NCBI GenBank assembly: GCA_951406725.2
Contig: OX597818.1
Coordinates: forward strand, 121,830,001 to 121,894,000
Reading direction: 5' to 3'
DNA length: 64,000 bases
Source of the DNA: Octopus vulgaris
Taxonomy: Eukaryota
Part shown: positions 28,721-41,683 of the stretch, piece by piece
Layout: every line of letters begins with the position of its first letter
Position numbering within the stretch: position 1 is the first letter of the stretch
Position numbers and translations under genes: made by a program
The notes under the pieces: model-generated
Told to the model about the DNA's origin: nothing
The model's database searches: none
What the model saw: only the letters and a program-made list of their open reading frames with translations

Positions 28721-29094
28721 TACACACACACACACACATATATATATATAAACACACACATTCATAAAATAATGCTGATAACACTGTGACGATGACACCA
28801 CTAAAACTCGAATGCTATCACCCATTTCTAAAATGTCAGCGAATAAATGGATATGATTAGGATAAACTGACATCTATCGGTAAAATATGGTTGTTTGTAC
28901 TAGTTGATATTACATACACAGATGTATGTATGCATACATACATACATGCATACAGATATACGTACACATGCATACATTACGCACATTTATACATATATAC
29001 ACATACATTACATTTAAATACAATATATTTATATACACACCTACGCACACTACAAGCATTCATAAACCATAGATGTCACATGTAAATGTGACCT

Positions 29095-29532
29095 GGTAGC
29101 TTGTACCATATTTTCGCTAATTAACGCTCTAGATCGTTGATTTCGATAAAAAATTAGCAAAACCATTTAAAAAGTGCAACTATTTTTAAGGGATTGTCAT
29201 CAGTTATTTAGTACAATCTAGTCTATTCAATTAGTACTTGTTCTCTCGGGCTAAATTTAAAAGGAGATTACAGAACGTATGTATGTCGGTTTGTTAATGA
29301 ATGAAACTTCTAATGTAAGTCCCTGTCTCAATTTTCATCTGTAATGTGCTACGTTGACAGAAATGGACAAATTTGTAAAAGATTTCTTGGTTTTACTGAT
29401 GTTAGTGAAATACTATTTCGGATTTAGCTAGAAAGAATTTAGATGAATTTGGCTGTTTAAAAAAAGAGAAAAATATGGTTGTTCATACGAGGACGGCTGT
29501 CATGGCTAGTGATCTTAATGGTGATCAGCCAA

Positions 29533-29608
<76 letters not shown>

Positions 29609-30897
29609 GTACAAGAGACTCTACTATGCTTATAAGCTTAATCGTATTTGAAGCCAAGATGTTTCTTACATTCCTGAGTACAATAATTTTTGTTTCCTCT
29701 ATTAAGTAGTATAGCATCATCTTTAGCAGCACCACAAAGTAAACTTCTTTGCTTGATGATTTTGTGGAAAAACGCTTCCCAAATCTTGCTCCAACACAAT
29801 GGAACTATTCATCTCGATTGGTTGCAACTGGTCGAGAGAAATTAGAAGACATAAAACATTCTATTTGATGCTATTCTAAAGAATCCAAAAAGTTCTGATG
29901 ATAAAACGAAAATTGGTATAAAATAATTTTCAGCGGGTTTTAAAACAATTTAATTTTTTTCATTAGAAGAAATCGCTTGCATTTTCCCATCTACTGAACA
30001 TCTTTTTAAGGTATTGCAAGTAAAACCTATGGATATCGTTTTTATGTTGAAAGAACTCCTTACAATGTTCAAGAAATTAGGGAATCTAAATATGATGACA
30101 TTTGGACTAGTGGAAGAAAAGCGTAATCTTTGAGAAAAAGAACGAATCTTTCACATGAAGAAAAAAAACTTTCCTCTGAAATACTGGATTATATCATTGT
30201 CCAAATGAAGGCAGCGAGCTGGAAGAATCATTAGCAAACCGGGCGCAATACTTAGCGGCATTTCGCCCGTCTTCGTGTTCTGTGTTCAAATTCCACCGAG
30301 TTCGACTTTACCTTTCACCCTTTCGGGGTCGATAATATGAGTACCGGTCGATCACTGGAGTCGATGTCATCGACTTAGCCCCCTCCCCCAAAATTTCAGG
30401 CCCTGTACCCAGAGTACAAAGGGTTATTGTCCAAATGAAAGTGATTAAGTCATTAAAAAATCTGAATTCTATGGAAGTACTAGACTTAGAGAGTGCCTCC
30501 CAATTTCTAAATAATAGTTAGTGTTTATGTTTCTGATTTTGCCAGTTTTCAGGTCGGAATTAACTGCTTTGTATTTTTGGAATGTTTTCGCCAATTTGAG
30601 TTTCTTAAATATCTGCTAGAAAACGAAATGCATGAAGGTCTTCCACAATTAATCAATTTGATCTTAACTTTACTAATTTCATCCTCGTTTATTGAGCGTC
30701 TTTTCTTGTACTTAAAAAAGACTGAAAACTTATCTGTGTAGTACCGTACCTGAAGTCACGAAAGGCTATCGAACCTCGCAATACTTTCAATTGAAGAAAA
30801 CCAATACGAAGTAAATAATGGAGAAGCAGGAAGATTTTATTCCTTTGTCACAGAAGTTCGCCCAAAAGCCCGCAGAACAGCGTTTCACTTCAAGTAA
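29095..30897 (+). pseudogene. Decayed hAT-superfamily transposase (ZMYM1-like/Tip100 type)
   Basis: Colinear motifs across frameshifts: HLKSATIFKGLS; NETSNVS..SQFSSVMCYVDRNGQICKRFLGFTDVSE; AVMASDLNGDQPKVRE; YAYKLN; LLDDFVEKRFPNLAPTQWNYSSRLV; and the C-terminal dimerisation region LILTLLISSSFIERLFLVLKK.LKTYLCST...RLSNLAILSIE. Confidence 0.85.
30210..30425 (+). mobile_element. SINE family A (tail type 2) inserted in the hAT fossil, 14-bp TSD
   Basis: TSD ATTGTCCAAATGAA at 30196-30209 and 30426-30439. Confidence 0.93.
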
Positions 30898-31149
30898 ATA
30901 ATTTTACCGAATTTTCATAGACAAGCTTAATACGCATTCAACATGCGAAGCCATTGTGAAATAATGCAACGTGCAGTAATTTTGCATCAAGATATAAGAT
31001 TGGGTGCAACTAACACATTTGATCTTCATATACATATTTCATGTTTATGAGAACTAGCTTGAACAAAAACAAACATACATGCTGTATGCGTTCTACTTAA
31101 GTTATATCGTTTTTAAAATTGCATGATCTGGTTTAATTATCAGCCGTCA

Positions 31150-31365
31150 CCATTGATATATGGCACAAAACTTAACAATTTTGTGGGGACAGCAAGTTGA
31201 TGACTTCGACACCAGTGCTTGACTGGTACTTCATTTTATTGACCCCGAATGGAAGATAGACAAAGTTAACCTCGGAGGCATTTGAACTTAGAGCGTAAAG
31301 AACCGGAATATATACCACTAAGCATTTTGTTCAGCGCGGTAACGATTCTGCAAGCACGCCGCCCC
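31150..31365 (-). mobile_element. Diverged SINE family A
   Basis: Family A motifs in reverse orientation. Confidence 0.8.
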
Positions 31366-31369
31366 ACTA

Positions 31370-31407
<38 letters not shown>

Positions 31408-31408
<1 letters not shown>

Positions 31409-31690
31409 TTATTTTTTTATTAGCCACAAGGCCTCACAAACAATAACATTAAAGGTAATGTAACAACATAAAAGACAAAAACGGGACGATACAATGAGTT
31501 TTCCGCGTGTAAACAAAGTAAATAACAATTAAAATTGAAGGAATTAAAACTCCTAATAGGGTGGGGGGCGCTTTAATGTCCTCGTGGAAAGACCCACAAA
31601 AACCACGGGTGCCTGATCAACAGGGCAAGAGCCCTTCTCCTTTAGTTCCCTTTTTTACACGTTCACGCTTACATTTGGTCCCTTCACACT

Positions 31691-31692
<2 letters not shown>
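31408..31692 (-). mobile_element. LINE-like 3' UTR fragment, related to 36650-36908
   Basis: The minus strand has TTGATCAGGCACCCGTGGTTTTTGTGGGTCTTTCCACG and ends GCCTTGTGGCTAATAAAAAAATAAAT. Both motifs are shared with 36650-36908. Confidence 0.55.
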
Positions 31693-31721
<29 letters not shown>

Positions 31722-31723
<2 letters not shown>

Positions 31724-31932
31724 ACCTTTCTACTAAAAGTACAAGTCCTGAAATTTAGGGGGGACTAGTCGATTTCAGCGACCCCAGTTTCACTGCTATT
31801 TAATTTATCGACCCCGATAGGACGAATAGCAAGGTCGACCTCAGCAGAATTTGAACTCAGGATGTACCGACGGGCGATATACTGCTAAGCATTTCGTCCG
31901 GCGCGCTAACGATTCTGCCAGCTCGCCGCCTT
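31722..31932 (-). mobile_element. SINE family A (tail type 2)
   Basis: Runs from CCTTTCTACTAAAAG to GATTCTGCCAGCTCGCCGCCTT. Confidence 0.88.
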
Positions 31933-32265
31933 GAAAAAAAAACAAAACAAAACCCCCCAAAAAAACGCATTTATATACATAAACTCGTGCAAAGGCTGAA
32001 TATTGATGTAACCAAAGTCCCTGCACTGAATATAGAAAGATGCACACGAACTTTCTGTCTGTCTGTCTCTCTGTCTCTCACGTCATATGATGTATGTATC
32101 TCTTTAGAAGACTAATTTTCTAGAAATATTTTCAGTAAGCATATTCAGCAAGTCACATGCTTTATGCATTTATCCTAACAAATCTCTCTCCCCCTCTTTC
32201 ATTCATTGCTTTCATTGTGTATACACACACACATTATATATATATATATTCATATATATATATAT

Positions 32266-32327
<62 letters not shown>

Positions 32328-32559
32328 GCATTTGTGTATACAAACGTCAAAAGAGAAAAAAGTACTCAATACCTTTATAGGTTATATTCAGTTATATGAA
32401 TAGCTGCACAAATGTTGACAGGTACACGCGCTCATACACATGCATAAACAAATACTTTGCGTATAAAAAAAACGTACACATACGTGTCTCTCCTGCCACC
32501 ACCTCTCTCTGTCTCTCTCTCACACACACACACACACGCAAACATATATACGTAGTTTT

Positions 32560-32946
32560 TTTATGACATTTTCCAAGACAGTTCAATAAGTAATGGATTT
32601 TTAGAGAACGTTAGATCAAGCATATTGAAAGTGATTCTGATAATTCTCAGTATATGGTATAATCAGATTCTATTACGTACAAACTCTTGAAACAGCAATG
32701 ATATCGCAGGAGAAAACAAAATTCAAAAATACAAAATAGATCGAAGCAAAAAAAATAATGGTATTAACAATAAGATTTTTGTATGAAATTTGTTGTAAAA
32801 TTCCCAAGGAATTGAAATTGCATAAGAATATTTCCAATGAGATTTGTCGAATCATGCGAAGCACATCAATTTCTTTCAGCACTTTGGATAAACGAATTGT
32901 CACCAATGATGGTAAATGGATGATTTTTGCAAAAGTGGTGGTGTAA
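32560..32946 (+). pseudogene. Highly decayed mariner-like transposase fragment
   Basis: ORF 32758-32946 ends LDKRIVTNDGKWMIF, resembling the first catalytic motif of mariner transposases (RIVTGDEKW). This is a single motif only. Confidence 0.5.
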
Positions 32947-33379
32947 AGCTTCTGTGCGTGTGCATGTATAAATACACGGATTTATGAATCCAAACATTCA
33001 CATATGCATTCATGTAAGGTACGTACAAATAATGTATGTATGCATAAAAATGTAGGTGTAAGTTTATGTGCGTGTGAGTGTATGTATGGATTTATGAATC
33101 CAAACATTCATATATCCTTTCACGTGAAGAACGTACGAATGATGTATGCATGTATGTATGTTTGTATGTATGTATGCATGCGTGTGTATGTATGCATGCG
33201 TATGTATGTATGCATAAAAGTATGTATGTACGTTAACGTGTTTGTGTGATTATACATAATTTTTATAAGGATATATTTACCCATACATTCATACATAATA
33301 TACATACGATCACGTACAAATACATATACACACAAATACATACGCACACATACACATACGCACACATACACATGTATAC

Positions 33380-33394
33380 ATATCTATCTGTCTG

Positions 33395-33435
<41 letters not shown>

Positions 33436-33455
33436 ATCTATCTATCTATCTATAC

Positions 33456-33529
<74 letters not shown>

Positions 33530-33540
33530 ATATATATATC

Positions 33541-33578
<38 letters not shown>

Positions 33579-33593
33579 ATATATATATATATC

Positions 33594-33684
<91 letters not shown>

Positions 33685-33730
33685 AATCTATCTATCTATC
33701 TATCTATCAATCTATCTATGTATCTATCTG
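33380..33730. repeat. (TCTA)n microsatellite
   Basis: Read directly. Confidence 0.95.
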
Positions 33731-34031
33731 ATCGAAAGGTAAAGATCCATTCTCCGCAAATACGACGTCCTGGTTTCCATCTCGTTCTGTAGCACCTTAT
33801 GCGCAATGTCATTTTTTGACAGCATCATTGCTATATTTCTTCCCACTCTTTGCGTTCTGATTTCAAATGCCACAGTACCCTACTTGGGTGGCAGACTTAA
33901 TTTACTGCCCGGTTTCGCTCCAAACACGGCCCCTGGGCGCCGTTAGTGAACTCCACTCCTTTGCAAACATGCAAACCAAATTTTCGGTGAAAGGATACCA
34001 GGATACCCCCGTGTGTATTTGTGTGTGTATT

Positions 34032-34086
<55 letters not shown>

Positions 34087-34119
34087 TATACATATATATA
34101 ATATAATATGTAGTATATA

Positions 34120-34163
<44 letters not shown>

Positions 34164-34491
34164 TGATATAATATAATATGATATAATGTAATATAATATA
34201 ATATAATATAATATAATATAATATAATATGATATAATGTAATATATAGATGTTTTCAAGAAACAACTTCACCTCTTGCTATCCAAGGTCCCGGATGAAAC
34301 ATTATCAAGGCAAGAGACTGAAAAGAAGGCAGCAGTGTCAAACTCGCTCTTTCATCAAAAGCCAATCACATAAAATTAGCCATTGACAAGGTGATTACCC
34401 TGGTAGTGCCCCAGCGAGACTACAGCCTTTGGGCTGAAACGTATAAAAGAATGGATAAAAGAAAGAATTTATGTAAACACATATATATATT

Positions 34492-34814
34492 GTGACGTAT
34501 ATTTGCCATTTGAATATGGCTAACCCCTAAGGGTGGATGCTACTGTAGTTTGTAGCCCCAGGAAGACACCTCCTCCAGCTGGCTATAGACACACTTTCTG
34601 TGCCCTATCAGTATCTGTGAAGGGAAGTCATCATTCCCGTCTTCAACTTATGATACACACGGACTCGAGGTTCAAGGTATTGACCTTTCATCGGCGTGTG
34701 ACAATCATAGTTGTCGACGAGAAGTCAGTTCCCCTCACAAATACATGAGGCTACAAACTACAGTACCATCCACCCTTAGGGGTTAGCCATATTCAAATGG
34801 CAAATATACGTCAC
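34492..34814. mobile_element. Non-autonomous TIR element (MITE) with ~68-bp TIRs
   Basis: GTGACGTATATTTGCCATTTGAATATGGCTAACCCCTAAGGGTGGATGCTACTGTAGTTTGTAGCC has a near-perfect reverse complement ending at 34814. A diverged partial copy lies at ~781-847. Confidence 0.9.
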
Positions 34815-34938
34815 GATGGGTTGCCGCTACTGTTTATAACTCGCTCTGAGATTTATCATCATATATATATTCTTTTATATATATATATAACAGTATATAT
34901 ATTTATATATAATTACTACTTTATATCTATATATATAT

Positions 34939-35185
34939 ATGGGTATGAGTAAGTATCTCATTTACTTCTTTGCCACATGTATCACTGACGAAGGGAGGGT
35001 TCTTTTTGAACTAACCCTGAAATCGGTCCGATATGGTAATAATGGAATTTTTTTAGTGATTTCTGTCGACCTTTTTTCGAGTAGCGTGCGTACTGGGAAA
35101 AAATTATATGGTAAATGGAGAATATGTCCAATTTTCGGCATATTTGGCATTAGAAATTTTTTTCGTTTGCCCTTATTTATAAGTT

Positions 35186-35190
<5 letters not shown>
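34939..35190 (+). mobile_element. (TA)n-bounded pLTR-like insert with hammerhead core (34980-35033)
   Basis: TATCA-CTGACGA-AGGG..GTTC TTTTT GAAC..CCCT-GAAA-TCGG-TC-CGATA. Homologous to 60455-60790 at both ends. Confidence 0.75.
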
Positions 35191-35258
<68 letters not shown>

Positions 35259-35763
35259 TACAAATGTATATAAACACTGTTATATTGTTCTATTAAAGAC
35301 TATAAGCACACTTCGGTCTATATTTCCCTTTATTTAACCTAAAAGTTTCACTATAACATCTCTGTGGCCTTCTCAGTGGATAAAGATTCTCTAAACAATT
35401 AGGTTTTGTGGTTGAGAGATTTCCAACACGCATCTTATACAAATATCGGTAATGTATGTATGTATGTATGTATGTATGTATGTATGTATGTATGTATGTA
35501 TGTATGTATGTTTGTATGTATGTATATATGTATCTATGTATGTAATGTATGTATGTATGTATGTATGTACATATGTATGTACGTACGTATGTATGTATGT
35601 ATACCTCGCACCACCATATATATATACATACATACACACACACACATATAAACGTTGTCATATCTCTAATTAATTTTTTTTCATTTAGTAATTTGCCTTT
35701 CTCGATGAATAAGATGTATCACGTGAAGTGCAGCTTGTATTTAATCTATCTAACGATCTATCC

Positions 35764-35825
<62 letters not shown>

Positions 35826-35834
35826 ATATATATA

Positions 35835-35865
<31 letters not shown>

Positions 35866-35884
35866 ATCTATCTATATCTATCTA

Positions 35885-35946
<62 letters not shown>

Positions 35947-36458
35947 CCCATCTATCTACATGTACACACACATGCTAATATAAAAGGTGCACTATCTGTA
36001 GACGTCATTCCAGCTCGTTACTCATCCATATCAGATGATATCATTTCTAACACGTAACGACCATTGTAATTATTAAATTGCTCAAGATGAATATCTGTCT
36101 AGATGAATTTTAACATGAATAGATTTCTCTTTCAAGACATATGTTCATATTATCAGTATACATAGTTAGAAAGAAAAATCATTGATGAATGATCTATTAT
36201 TCGTTAAATACTTCACGTAAATGTAATCAGATTTTACAAACGTGTGTCATTTTCGATGATGATATACTGGTGCTATTCGTAGATTTCACTGTGAGCGTCC
36301 TATCAACCAAAACTTTTTTCTTTTGGTTTTCCTCTTGTATACTATAGAATAGCAATTAAGTATATCTATCTTACAAAGAAGGAAAAGAATGAAAATTTCA
36401 CATTTCTTTTATGATATTTCATTGAATGATTGTAAATATATGGGCGTGTACGCGCATC

Positions 36459-36553
<95 letters not shown>

Positions 36554-36554
36554 C

Positions 36555-36596
<42 letters not shown>

Positions 36597-36649
36597 CATC
36601 TATGAACCCGGAAAATTTTAAAACAGAGTTATTTACTTGCAAATAAATG

Positions 36650-36908
36650 TGTTAACATGTGATATTATTGACCGAGGTTACCGTGGTCTTTTCCGTGGGC
36701 CTTTCTTTCCACGGATAAACCTTATCTTTTTCCCCCTTTACACTTTACATCATCACATTTCTATGATACACGATCATTATTCATCGTTTTTTTAACGATC
36801 CCTTTTGATCGAAAACCTACCCCCACTTTTTTTCTCCCCAAAAATAAAAAGCTCTACTTTGTAATTCGTCCCCTCTGTGTTCAGCCCTGCGTGGCTAGTA
36901 AAGAAACA
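36650..36908 (+). mobile_element. LINE-like 3' end sharing its terminus with SINE A tail type 1
   Basis: Ends GTCCCCTCTGTGTTCAGCCCTGCGTGGCTAGTAAAGAAAC, versus the SINE's GTCCCCTCTGTGTTTAGCCCCTTGTGGGTAATAAAGAAAT. The upstream sequence is not SINE. Confidence 0.65.
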
Positions 36909-36988
<80 letters not shown>

Positions 36989-37024
36989 AACAGATCTCTC
37001 GCTTTCTCTTCACACATATACACA

Positions 37025-37183
37025 CATACGACGGGCTTCTTTAGGTTTCCGTCTCCCAAATCCACTCACAAGGCTCTGGTCGGCCAGAGGCTATAGTAGA
37101 AGACACTTGCCCAAGGTGCCACGCAAAGGGATGGAACCCGGAGCCATGTGGTTGGAAAGCAAGCTATTTACCACACAGCCACT

Positions 37184-37186
<3 letters not shown>
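37025..37186 (-). mobile_element. SINE family B, 5' half
   Basis: Homologous to 26804-26965. Confidence 0.88.
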
Positions 37187-37244
<58 letters not shown>

Positions 37245-37319
37245 ATATACTTGTGTGAGTTTGTGTGTGTGTGCGTGCATATATATATGCATATATATAT
37301 CATATATATATATATATTA

Positions 37320-37417
<98 letters not shown>

Positions 37418-37688
37418 CACAATGCCGTTCATCGCATTAATTTAGCTTTCGTATGATGCCACGTTTTTGGCTTGTCAGGTAAGCCCACATTATCCCTGAA
37501 CGGATATCCAGTCCACCTCGCAGGGCTACCCACTTATAAATAAGTGGACCGAAGCAACGTGAAACGAAGTTTATTACTCAAGTACACAATGCAGTGCCAG
37601 CCTACAAAGGGAATCGAGACTATGACCTTGCGACCATGAGTGCAACACCCTATCCATTCGGCCACGCGCCTTCACTATATATATATAA

Positions 37689-38106
37689 GACATTAAGATG
37701 GCTTATTCGCAATTTACAACCAAAAGGCACAAGTATAGTCGTCACTAAGGGGATTAAGCCTGCTAGTGAGCACCAGCATTGCAAGAAATAACAACTCTTA
37801 GCCACGGTGAAGCACTTATCTAATTGCGAATAAGCCAACTTAATAATTTATAATTTTCACAATTTGCCATTTATGGAATCAGCCTGTGATTCCTACGGTA
37901 TTTGCTATGAACTGACAAGCGAGTTAGCTTTGACCCTCGGCAATCGGGTGAGAGTCGCTGATGAGGATTATTCATATCCGAAATCATCGATGATCTGGCT
38001 CTGTCTCGATTGGTATAAGGGGATTGTCTCCCTTATCATTTATTAGATAAGTGCTTCCTCGAGGCTAAGAGTTGTTCTGACTAGCACCCCAAGTCACCTT
38101 AGTGAC
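37689..38106 (+). mobile_element. ~420-nt self-complementary non-coding element containing a hammerhead ribozyme (retrozyme/Penelope pLTR-like)
   Basis: Lies between (TA)n and (CT)n(TA)n. 37741-37824 is the inverted repeat of 38042-38106, there are several internal hairpins, and the hammerhead core is intact. Confidence 0.7.
37951..38002 (+). ncRNA. Type I hammerhead ribozyme, intact consensus core
   Basis: Stem I AGAGTCG/TGGCTCT (7 bp including G-U pairs), CTGATGA (37958-37964), stem II GGAT/ATCC, GAAA (37980-37983), palindromic stem III ATCATCGATGAT and cleavage triplet AUC (predicted cut after 37995). Expression is not shown. Confidence 0.85.
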
Positions 38107-38331
38107 CTCTCTCTCTCTCTCTCTTATATATATATATATATATATATGTAAATGAATACTCGCACCTTTTTCAGACTTGGAACGCGTACCACTTCGGAGG
38201 GTTTAGTAATTATTTAGTACTTATTTTTATGTTTGGCAGTTATTCGGTTTTGCCAAATCGCCAAGTTTTGGCGTGCAAACAAACAAGCCATTTTGTCCAG
38301 CAGTGTGACATTAGAACTGAATATGCAGAAT

Positions 38332-38383
<52 letters not shown>

Positions 38384-38554
38384 CAGAGACAGAGAGAGAG
38401 AGTGAGAGAAAGAGAGAGCAAGAGATAGACATATACATGTGCAAACGCACACATGATAGATAACGCTCAATTTCTGTGCGTTGGCATTGAACCTGAAAGT
38501 ATATGGTATCGGTGAGACGTTCTTAATCACATATCTACGTCAATACATATATAT

Positions 38555-38634
<80 letters not shown>

Positions 38635-40672
38635 TTAATGTTGTTTACTTTTCGATAACTTGAAGTTTTGCTCCGAAGAGGCATTCATCAGATTGTATTT
38701 CAACGAAAAATGTTTGCTAAGTTCTGCGTTGGGTCACAAGTCCTGCTTCCCACTACACCCCACCAGACCTGCCATACCTCACTCCTCCTCACCACACTGA
38801 GCCACATCACGCCACTTGTTACACACTACTTTCTATAATATTGTATTCTCTTCTGTCAAATGGTATAACTACTAAATTCTGTTCGATACCCGCTAGTGAA
38901 AAAAAAATGAAAAAAAAATGGAGAACGAAATCCATCATAGTCGTTTCCAGAATGACTACATCACAAGTCTATTGAGTGTGCTGTTTTCCTTTTACTCCAG
39001 GCAACATCTTTGAAAAAATTTTCGCTTTATTGATACGTTGTCTTCTCTTCGTTATCTCAATGAATCGATAACGAGAACATCAAGAAATATTCCCCCTCAG
39101 GTCTGAAGTTTAATGATGAAAACAAAAAGAAAAATACACAACAAATAGTGAAAATCAAATAAAAGCAGAGAAGAATCTCCGTATTTCACACTGAACTACA
39201 ATATTTTGTAGAAGCAAAATGACCGGGCTAATAGGGTTTTGAGCAAGCAACTCTTGGATAAGTGTTTAAATCAATTTTCTTCATGGAAAAGGTTATGTTG
39301 ATATTTTATTGTGCCTTACGGAAGATTTCTGAGGATCCAAGTTTATATGGTTATGTAAGTATTTCACTGAGCCTCATGCAGGAATTATAAAAGACCAAGT
39401 TTAGCTGATTAGTCAATCTAGATACCAAGTGTTCTGTGAATGATACTTGCGAATTGTATTTTATTTTATTTGGTTATTTAAAGTGATTCTTAAGCAACTT
39501 CTTCAAGAGTTATTATAGATCGTGAACATATTCAATGTTATTAGCATAGTTTGTCATAGATTTATATTTGATGTAATCGCGATTGTTCGGTAATGACCAA
39601 GTTAATATGACATCAACATCTATCTTCGTTGTTCAATGACATTTGTGGTCATCAATGCCACTTTGTGATCACAGAGTAAAACATGGAACTTTCATGACCC
39701 TCAGCTATGACCTTAATATATATAAATAAAATGAGATAGCTGAGAGCTGTTCAAAGAAGGACTTCAATTCAACGCCACAAGCTAACGAAACAATGTTTTA
39801 CAACGGCATGCTCTATCTACTTATGATATCTATTTATGATTTGTTAGCCAAGGACATAGCGGAGTGCTCTCAACAGAATACGAACCGTTGACCTTCCGAT
39901 CAGTAGTCTAATGTCCTGTCAACTTCAGTCAGCTGCGTCGACAATGATTTAGGAAGGTGTAAAAAGGTGAAATAAAATTTCATTCATCAAATGTGAAATG
40001 TAATATGTGGATGTCAGAGGTGAAGTTCTTATGCAAACGGTGTTTACGACACAAGTTTTCATTAGATAGATATAAAGACATCTTTATAGCTACACTTTGT
40101 TGAAACGTATTTTAACGAGAATTTATTGAACTATTCCGACACAACACTGCGTATTTCGTACAAAAGAAATCCAAATTTGAAGTTATGGATCTACAAAACA
40201 CTGACAAGACGAAGAAGAAGATGATGATGAAGAAGAAGGAAATGAAGGGGAAGGAGAAGGAGAGGATATCATTATAAAGGACAAAAGAAGCAAACAAGGT
40301 TAGATCATAGACTTAGCAATGTCATATGATAAAATTATAGTGGATACGTTCGAAATTGAAAATGTTGAGTAAAAATATTAGCCAGAAACAGGAAGAGATT
40401 GTGAAAGACTAAGACAACAAATATTTCTGTGGTGAATGGTGCCACTGACAGAAAACATAAACAGCTACCTAAGAGTTTGAAGGATATGGGAATTGAAACG
40501 CGCATAGTGAACCTGCAGAAAAGTGAAATCCCGTTTCCGCATGAATCCTATGAAAGCATCTTGAGATTTCTGGAGGTTTGTCACCAAAACTCAAGACAAT
40601 GTCAGTGATCACTAATATAGGATGTAATAATAATAATAATAATAAAAAAAAAAATAATAATAATAATAATGG

Positions 40673-40705
<33 letters not shown>

Positions 40706-40737
40706 GAATGATGATGATGATAATAATAATAATAATG

Positions 40738-40789
<52 letters not shown>

Positions 40790-40792
<3 letters not shown>

Positions 40793-41600
40793 TGGTTTCA
40801 AATGTTGGCACATGGCCAGCAATTTCGTAGGGGTATGAGTCGAATACGTTGACCCTAGCTCTCAACTGGTACTTATTTTATCGACCCCAAAAAGATGAAA
40901 GGCAAAGTCGACCTCGGCGAAATTTGAACTCAGAACGTAAGGACGGACGAAATCCCTATTTCTTTACTACCCACAAGGGGCTAAATAAGGACAGACAAAC
41001 GGATTAAGTCGATTATATCGACCCCAGTGCGTAACTGGAACTTAATTCATCGACCCCGGAAGGATGAAATGCAAAGTCGACCTCGGCGGAATTAGAATTC
41101 AGAACGTAACGGCAGACGAAATATCGTTATGCATTTTACCCGGCGTGCTAATAATTCTGCCAGCTTGCGAATAATAATAATAGCAACAACAATAATTCTT
41201 TCTACTATAGGTATAAGGCGTGGAATTTTGGGGGCGTGAGCTAGTCGACTACATCGACACTGGTGCTCAACTGGCACTTATTTTATCGACCCGAAGAGGA
41301 GAGCAAGGTAAAATCAGCCTCGGCAATATTTGAACAGAAAGTAAAGACAGACGAAATGCCGCTAAGCATTTTGATGATGATAATAATCTTTTCTACCATA
41401 GGCACAAGGCCTGAATTTTGCGGGAGGAGACTAGCCGATTATATCGACCCCAGTGTTTCACTGGTACTTAATTTATCGACCCCGAAAGGATGGACGGCAA
41501 AGTCGACCTCGGCGGAATTTGAACTTTGAACGTAGCGACGGGCGAAACACCTCTAAGCATTTCATTCAGCGTGCTAACGATTCTGTCAGTTCACCGCCTT
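40790..41600 (-). mobile_element. Cluster of four SINE family A units, one nested
   Basis: Repeated family A motifs separated by (TAA)n, with a tail-1/internal-site junction at ~40948-40970. Confidence 0.9.
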
Positions 41601-41604
41601 AACA

Positions 41605-41683
<79 letters not shown>

